Part shown: in pieces, positions 55,155 through 64,000 of the stretch
How the letters are laid out: each line of letters starts with the position of its first letter
How positions within the stretch are numbered: the first letter of the stretch is position 1
Source: Chrysomallon squamiferum
Taxonomy: Eukaryota > Animalia > Mollusca
Assembly (NCBI GenBank): GCA_012295275.1
Contig: CM022673.1
Span: 496,001 to 560,000 of the forward strand
Length of the DNA: 64,000 bases
Reading direction: 5' to 3'
Program-made: the position numbers and the translations under genes
The notes under the pieces: model-generated
What the model was told of the DNA's origin: nothing
The model's database searches: none
Seen by the model: only the letters and a program-made list of their open reading frames with translations

Positions 55155-58100
55155 GTAGGCTGCAAATTTACATCCCTGTCATCTCTGTATACAAATACAG
55201 ACACACACACAAACACACATGGGTGTTAAAATTAAGCTAACACAAGCTTATAAATTTATAAATGAATATGTATATAAAACATTTGTGATCATAGTGTTTT
55301 TCTGTTTTTTAATTCATTAATTGACTTTTTTATATACTGTATATGTTGTTTTTGTTAAAATTTATAAAACATTTCAAAGGAATTATATGTAATTAAATCA
55401 GTGTAAATTATACTCAGTATAATTATGTATTTATCACACCCATTCACACACTCAACAGACAGTAAATAATACACATATGTTCATCTTCACCAATTTATAT
55501 ATATATATATATATAATTTTTATTTTATTTCACACATATAAGAAGTCTATTTTCAGCAGAATACTGTATATACATTCTTGCAAGTTATCAGCAAAGCTTC
55601 CAGCAGTGGACTTGTGCTGTTTGTTTACGATTGCTTTTACTAACTGTTTTCTCTCTGTTAGCACACATCACAGAGTCTATCCCACATCAAAGGCTTGAAA
55701 CTGTCATATTGGGCACTTCGCACCATCTATCTGGGTAAAGCATCTGATATCAGCTAATGAAGTCGCATGATAAATTCTTTTTCCACTACAATAACAGAAT
55801 TGAGAGTCTCCCACTGTTGTATCTGCAATGTTGTCCTGCCTGATAATTTTACAGCCACTGGGATGAACAATATTTTTTGACCACACAGGTTGGTAATCTT
55901 ATACAAATGATTATTTTATATATAACTATATCTTACACATCTTTTAAGGTTAATTTTAGAAAAACAAATAACAATAAAAACAAAACAAAAAAAATACAAA
56001 AAAAAAAAATCAAACAATCCCCAACAAAAACCTCACATAATAACAATGATAGTAATGAAATAAATAAGTAACATTATTAAATAAGAAATAACATTAATAA
56101 AATATAAAATAAAATAAAATTTAATTAAATAATAAATGTATAACATTAAGAAATAAATGTTTCAATGAATAAATGAGTAAATAAGTAAATAACTGTTTTG
56201 AAATAATAATTAACACTAAATAAATAAATAAATCTCAACAAATCTGAATATTCTTCATTATATAACCAATTTTTTTCAGAAAAAAAAAAAATTAAAATAT
56301 AATTTATTTAGTATTTTTTTAATGTGTGCATTTTCGACAAATCTTTAATTTAAAAAAAAAAAAAAAAAATTAAAATTTCTGAACATATGTTCGTCTTTAT
56401 TTTTATTGTTATCTATATTTCAACCATTTCCTTACTCTTAATCTGCCTATCTGACAAGAAATCGTTTAAAATTTTTTTTTTTCAAAAATTGGGTTATGTT
56501 TCATTTGTGAGAGGTGAATGGACATACTATTATATAAGCTTCATCTATATTTATTCTTGGGGTTTGATATAACAAAATTAGGTGAAATTAAGAAGCTAAG
56601 CACTGTTTAAACTGATTTTGTATAACATCAGTGTACACACACAAACACTCAGACAACTGTCCTTCATTTATTGTTTCACCTGCCCACACTGGGGTGTCAT
56701 TAAACCTTTATTCATTCATTCTTTATGCTTCCCACTCACCACCACTCAAATATAAATTTATCTTTTAAGAATATAATTTTAAAAATTATTTTATTCTTTT
56801 GTTTTGTTTCTTTCTCTCATTTATTAGGTTGGTTGGTTAGTTGGTTGGTTTCTAATTACCCTTTTTAACTTTTGTTTTTTGGTTTTAATTATTATTTATA
56901 ATAATAAAATCTTAAAGGAAATTTGATTAATTTATATTAACAAACATGATTTTTATGTGCAGAAAATATGTTTATTTATTATTCTGAAGATATTGGAGTA
57001 TTTTTTCATAGATACTATTTGACAGAAAAACAGAAAATATATTTGGTTAAATTAAGAAATTGATATTACTCTGTCTAAAAATAAAATAAATTATAAGATG
57101 CATGATATCTTATTTCAAATTATTTTATAGTTAAAAAAATTTAATAATAATAATAAAATTAAAAACAAAAAATTAAAAATCACTTTATACTCTGCTACCA
57201 TTTTCATAAAGATTTCAAATCATAACTGTTTTTAAACTTCACTCCCCCAGTTCTCTCAAATTAAAAAAGAAAAAAGAAGAAGAAAAGATTTTAAAGATTT
57301 AGAATGCTAATTATTTCTAAATGTTCAGTGATTGCTAAGTGCTGGGATATGGTGAACTGAGCCAGTGACAAATTTTCTTCTTTTTTTTCCTTCTTGCCAT
57401 TACGGACATCTTTTTCTGGGATACTCAGTCATCAGAGCAAATAAAGAAAAAATCCATAGCAGACCCAAAAGAAAATGGTCCCTGATGAAAGGAAATAAAA
57501 GCGAAATCTCGCAAAGGAAATGGGATGGAGACCTTGGTACTCGACTTTTGCAAACATCAATTGTTAAATCGCCAATTGTTGAAGCGACTTCCATTAGGCA
57601 TTTGCAAAGAGTTCTCTGGCAAAGGAATGTATCTTTTCAAAGTGTCACACAATCTCTTAACTCGTTTGTTACAGCACTCTGTATGTGCATGCCTCTGTAT
57701 TCGACTGAGGGGACTTTATGTCGGCAGACAACAACCAAAAATTAGCACATCTTCAGTGCTGGACAACAGCAAGAGAGAAATAAGTCTCTGCTAATGCAAC
57801 TGTACAAGTTTTTGTCTGTTTGCTATACAAGTACAGAATTTAGTCTGTGACTCTTGTAAAAAAGCTCAAAGACACCCATTAGAGAGGCTGTTTATCAAAA
57901 TGAGAGTGTTAAACAAGGATACCATGAGGAGGAGAGTGAGAAAAAAGAAAACGGGCAGGAAACTTTTAGGGTGTATTTATAAAATTATATCTGAAAAGAG
58001 ACAAAACTGCCTTCTCAGGAGAGCGTCACAAACTGAAAACTGTGAAAAACATCCAAAATGGATGTAAATGTTGTTAGGAGTTTTTACAGAGAGGTTAATA

Positions 58101-58407
58101 GAATTTCTGGTTTATTTTGGTCAAAAAGTTTTAAGTTCATTTAAAAGGTATTAACAGTTTATTGTTAGGTTTTGATAAAATCATTCCAAATATTACATTT
58201 CCCAAACTCAAACTCATAATGATACATTAGTTTTATTCTTTAGTAACAACATTTTTTTCTTCCTCCTTATTAAATTAAACTACTAATTTTTAATTCTAAC
58301 TTAGAAGTTAGTTTTTCTTGGCTGCACATAAAAATAAAGAGAATTTTGTAGAGGTTGAACTCAAATAAAACATTTGTTATTGTCTTTTTTGTTTAAAACA
58401 AACTTGT

Positions 58408-58498
<91 letters not shown>

Positions 58499-61400
58499 GC
58501 TAATTTGCACGTTATCAAAAATACATTAATGCTAATTCACTCACACATTTACATACACACATACACAGAATGTTTCTCTTTTATTTTTCCTTCTGCCCCT
58601 CTTTCCTTCTCTTCTTTTGCACTTCCCAGTTTGCAACTGAGCATGTTATTTTTATTATTATTATTTTCAGTTTAACTTATTTTGTGTTATTATAATTATT
58701 AATATTATTACTTTTTTATATTATTTAAAAAGAAAATCACACTCCATTCTCTTGACATGATTATATCAAACATTTTTTAATTCACTGCCAGAGATAATTA
58801 AAAACAAAAGCAGGTGTTATGTAAATTGCTTCCTATTATCAAAGAAATTGCACACACAAACAAAGCTAAACAAAAAATGAAGGAGGGTAAAAAAAAAAAA
58901 TTAGCTGCACACATCATAATTATCAGCATAATGGCTTTCTTTGATGTTGATGTATTAAAATCTCCTATGATTAACACTGTGAGAAACAGCTAAGTAAACA
59001 TGAAACAGAGAGTTTCCAAAGTTTTCTGAGGAAGGCTTATTATTATGTGACCCTGGCCACTTACTTCTAAATAATGAAATGCACATGTTTACTATACCAC
59101 TGGGAAAAAACAAAAAAATACAAAAAAACAAAACAGACACACACAAATAGAAGATGAAAATAAATAATGATAATAATAATTTTGACAAAAATATTAAATA
59201 ACTTTGTTTCCTGTATATTTTAATAAAATATTTAAGGTTAATGTGAAAAAAGAAAAAAGAAAAAGGAAATATGTAAAAAATAATTATAAAAATATAGTAA
59301 AAATTCTTTTATAATTAAATAAATAATTCCTGCTCATTTTACTAAACTACAACTTAGATAAAAATGTTAAAAAGCAATTAAGAAAATAATTCCACATTTA
59401 AATGAACGAAAAAGATGAAATCAGTTGTAACAGACTGCTTCCTGTTTAATTTTACTTACAGCTAAATTTTAGAAATAAATACAAATAAAAATAAAAATAA
59501 AGTAAAACAAAACAAGACAAAATAAAACATAAATAAAATAAATTAAAATCAAATCAAATAAAATAATAATTCTGTTACTTGAACAGAATGAGTTTACATT
59601 TTTTTATTGGCTTACTCATACTTAGAAGAAAAGAAAATGTGTATGTGTTTGTGTGTGTATGTAATTTCTTTATCTAATGAGTTCAAATATAGACAGAATT
59701 TATTGTAATTAATCATATTATTTTACTAACCTGAGGGTAAGAATAATTTTTATTTTTATTTTTTTATATTAAGCTTAAAGAAATATGCACTGTGTGACAG
59801 AAGAATAGGCAGTATTTATTTAAATAGTTCATTTCTTTGTCATTAATTAAATAATAATAGTAATATTATTAATAATAATATTTTTAATAACAATAATAAA
59901 AGTGGTAGTAGTAATAATAACAATAACAGTAGTAATGAGAGTAGTAATATTAATAATATTATTTATAGTAGTAGTATATATAGTGATGATTATTAAAACA
60001 ACAATTTAATTATAACAACAATTTAATTATAACAACAATAATAATAATAATATTTTTTATTACTGTAACTATATTCCTGAGTGTTCTTACGCTTTCAGTC
60101 CACCACAGACCCGTTTCTTTTTTTGTAAAAAAAACCTTTATCTATCTGTCTGAAGTACAGAGGGAATCTATTGTAACAGATTACTTCCTGTGTCATTAAC
60201 CATTAATATGAACCATATGCTGAAATACATAAATTTCTTTACTGGACATCTCAATGATTTTTCAAGCAGACACAAAAGATTGTGCTATCTGGCACTGAAA
60301 TTTCCCTTGTCTATATTTATGGTCTAGTCAAATTTTTCGATGTTTATGAAGACATAAATCTATACAAGTGTGACCATCCTTAAAATTCCCTTCACAGTTT
60401 AGTGTTTACTACTTGCAACTTTAATAGTGGATTCCAGGATTACACCTTCTCAATAACAGTTTGGTGATATTTCCTGTTCCAGCCAGTGCCCCAAAACTAT
60501 GTCTATAGAAGAGTGCAGATAGATTATTATTTTCTGCTTGCAGAAAAGATAGATGATAATTATAGTGATGATGGTGGAATTATTTCTTAAAATCATCATT
60601 ACCCTAAATTGTATTATTGATACTTAATTATCATTAATAAAATATGCTCAGATGTAGTAAAACAAGCATGCTTTTCTCACCTACTTAATAAAAATATACG
60701 ATGATGATGATATTTACTACTACTACTACTACTATTATTAATGTTTTTGTTGTCCTGTTCTTCTTCTTCTTATTTCTTTAATTAAAAATCTATTTTCACA
60801 AGCTAAAATAATTAAATTTTTCACAGCTTGTCTTCTTAAAATAGCTATTACATATTTTCATCTCATTGTTATGTGATTATTACACATAATCTGACAGTCT
60901 CGTATAATCCCTTGTAATTCCACAAATAATAGCTTTCAAATTCCTTTAAAATAAATGTTTAATATTTGTCCATCCATGTTTTCATTTTATTATTATTATT
61001 TTTTATTATTATTTTTCCTTTCTTATTTTTAAACATTAGGAAGGTTCTTTTTTATTAAAATAATTTTGTATGCCTCAATATCACTTTGTTTAAAACATTT
61101 AGTTTTGTAATTTGTTTAAAATGGTCCATTTAATTTTATTTTTTATTACTCTTATAACATTTGTAAAAAATTTGATAAAAAGATTTACTGTTTTTTTAAT
61201 TATATAATTGATCAGAAAAAGTGGAACAGAAGAAGAGGAAAAACAAATTAATAATATATAAAAAAAAAAAAAAAAAAAAGAAAAAAAGAAAAAAAAAAAA
61301 AAAAAAAAAAAAAAAAACACCCCAAAAACCAACAACTAAAAACATATGTGTTTGCATGTAATCATGTCCATTTGCATGATGAGGAGATAGTAAAAGATAT

Positions 61401-62149
61401 AAACAATGTGGCATGTTGCACAAGAGGAAATCGTGGCCAGATAGATTCCATTACAGAGAATGACTGATAGCAAAGTTGTGGAACAAGAACCTGAGACAAT
61501 TTATCACCAGTAGACACCTGACAACAGTGTAGATTGCATGGCTGCTGTAACACAACCAACATTATACCGATTAGATCAGTTATACCGATTGGAAAGATGT
61601 TGTACAGGGAAAAAAATATAAAAATAAAAAATAATAAAAATATATTTGTATGTAAGAAAGAAACAAGCAAAAAAGTAATCATAATAATTTGTTCACATTT
61701 GATGCTAATATCAGAATTGGTGCTGAAACAGTTTGCCAATTATATAGACTTTCTGATAAAGTGAAAAGATTGTAAAGAAGTTATCAGCAAGAAAAATTTC
61801 CTGCTCCCACTACATACAAAAACAAAAATAAAGTTGGTAATCATCAATTCATAATGCGATCTGCTGCAGCCTTTGTCAACAGTTTTGTTAGCAAATATGG
61901 CAGTGATTTATTCAAATTGTAGAGTTACTAAATTGAACTTTTCTCCACTACTAATGAACAAGATAGTTTAAAAAGAGAGACGACTCGCAGCTGATGAAAT
62001 ATCTATAGAAGAAAAATAATTTACTCTTTTCAAAAGTAACCCGAGCAACCATTCTCCTCAATTCTAAAAATTCTGAAATCAAATTAAATAGCTGTTTACT
62101 TTTGTTTTAATGCTTTTTGCTGTAATTTATGCCTCATATATCAAATTGC

Positions 62150-62800
62150 CTTTAGCCCAAGTTTCAACAACGCTGCATAATTAGCTAGATAATGCTCAGG
62201 TTTTTGGTGGAATTGTACACACAGAAGAATATTGCTCTGCCATATTTATTTCTGAACATATCTGTAAAAGATGGAAAGATTACAAATCTGTGTCGGGTTC
62301 AGAAAAGTCATGGTTGCTTCCCAAGATACCAAGTTCTCAATGAAAGGTTTATCAAAGCAGGTTACACAATTCATGAAAAGTTGGCCAACAATATATCTAT
62401 TCTGGGTTTTTTGCCAGCATTATAGAATTATATTTCCCATGACAAGTCCACATACATATCTGAAATGATTTTTTGACAATTTTTGGCAGGAATATAATTG
62501 TAGTTTATGTCTTTTATGAAGTAAAGTTAGTAAGTATGAATGAAAATTATTACAAAGATACAGAATATTACTGTATCAAGGATGAAATAATAAAGAAAAG
62601 AACTTTGTTTGGAAGCGTGGAAAAACAGTTTTATTAAATAACTCAATCAACAAATTTTTAATGCTGATACAATGAACATTAGAAAAGAAATCATTGATGC
62701 AACATGATGAACTATTGCTTTTCGATTAGAAGCAATGAATCTTTTATATGAACTTTCCCACTAACAATTGTCATTGTTGATAGAAGAAGGTATAACATCT
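62150..62800 (+). mobile_element. Possible highly decayed Mutator-like (MULE) transposase remnant
   Basis: Broken + strand peptides FGGIVHTEEYCSAIFISEHI, HEKLANNIS, F*QFLAGI and IRKEIIDAT**TIAFRLEAMNLLYELSH loosely follow the order of animal MULE motifs (RTNN..E, HP.iw.Fl, efL..lsh). No TIRs identified. Confidence 0.3.
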
Positions 62801-63601
62801 GTAACATTAAACATCTTCTAATGATTATATATGCTGATACCCTCACTAATTGGCTATGAAACCTAAGTACATACCACAAGTTTATAGCACTGTTTTAGAC
62901 CAACACTTCACTATAAATGTTATAGTGCTGATAACTGAGATTCACTAAGATCTGAGGTAGTATTGCCCAAATGTGTTTTGCCATGTCACATTATTCTTGC
63001 CTATGTATGTGCCAAAATGTGCCAATTAACTTATTTCTGGTCATTCCAAAGATACCTATGGTCAGAGTAAACTGTCAGTACAACAAATTTTTTAGACCAA
63101 CAATATAAAAAAAAAAAAAAAAAAAAAAAGGAGAAAACAAAACAAAAAATGCAAATAAATTTAAATCTTCAGGTACTAAATCTATGTTATTGGACCATAC
63201 TTTTAAACTACTGTTACTTTATCCATAGGTTGCAGGATCACATATCTGCAATGTGTTCATTGACCAGTTGTTTCCAATTCCAGACAATGCACTAGAACTA
63301 GTTTAATAATAAAGTGGTATGTTTTCATAGGAAGGTGTGTATAATGATTACCTTTCTCCCTGTAAGGAAGTAAGGCACCATGTCTTGATAAAAACACAAG
63401 CTTATTTTCATGTAATAATGATATTCAATTTTCCATGTGAAATACATTTACTTAACCTATGAAATAAAGATATATAATACATGCATGAACAAGATGTTTT
63501 AAGAATTATCCAATTACGCAACAGTTACTGCTACTCAAAGTATCAGCTTAATATGTAATGATAATTTAAAATAAAATTTTTGATCATTCTTTTTCTTATT
63601 T

Positions 63602-63677
<76 letters not shown>

Positions 63678-64000
63678 TAATGTACAGAATAATCTTCTTA
63701 ATCTGCAGATTCTACACCAATTATTCTGCAATATATATTGAGGCAATTGAGTGTGACCATCTTAATGGTATAGAAAAATGTGATACAGTGTTGTATGTAT
63801 CTGGTTCAGCAGGATGACTTTCAGCAAATCAGTTTCCACAAATGACAATGTTAAAGATAGCACAGTGATGATGTGAAGATAAACTGATTTGTAGACATAT
63901 CACAATTACATACTGAGAAATATGCTTATGAAACATCATTAATAAGAAACCAAAATACTTTTTTATATTAACTGGTCAGACTCTTTACTTCAATTTATGT

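Overview
AT-rich, microsatellite-dense, intron-containing animal DNA. The gene content and repeat style suggest a lophotrochozoan, probably a mollusc (inference). Most ORFs in the supplied track are simple-repeat artefacts. From left to right: (1) the last two exons of a + strand CARD/death-fold gene, with apparent homopolymer frameshifts; (2) a decayed partial duplicate of that gene's upstream part, which appears to run straight into (3) a complete 6-7-exon + strand gene for a secreted PAN/apple-Sushi-GON protein (~391 aa); (4) a + strand orphan gene with an E-box-rich upstream region, a Tigger/pogo deletion derivative in its inferred intron 1, and one 264-aa coding exon carrying a DSGxxS degron; (5) the 3' ~500 codons of a - strand SoxD (Sox5/6/13-type) gene, with a probable ~5.9 kb 3' UTR, a 20.8 kb intron containing enhancer-like islands and a perfect 88-bp inverted repeat, and 5' exons apparently beyond the window. 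CpG frequency drops sharply near 22 kb. No prokaryote-type system (CRISPR etc.) is present. The best novelty candidates are the CARD-duplicate/GON chimera, the E-box/degron orphan, the paired Cys loss in the GON domain and the SoxD intronic elements.
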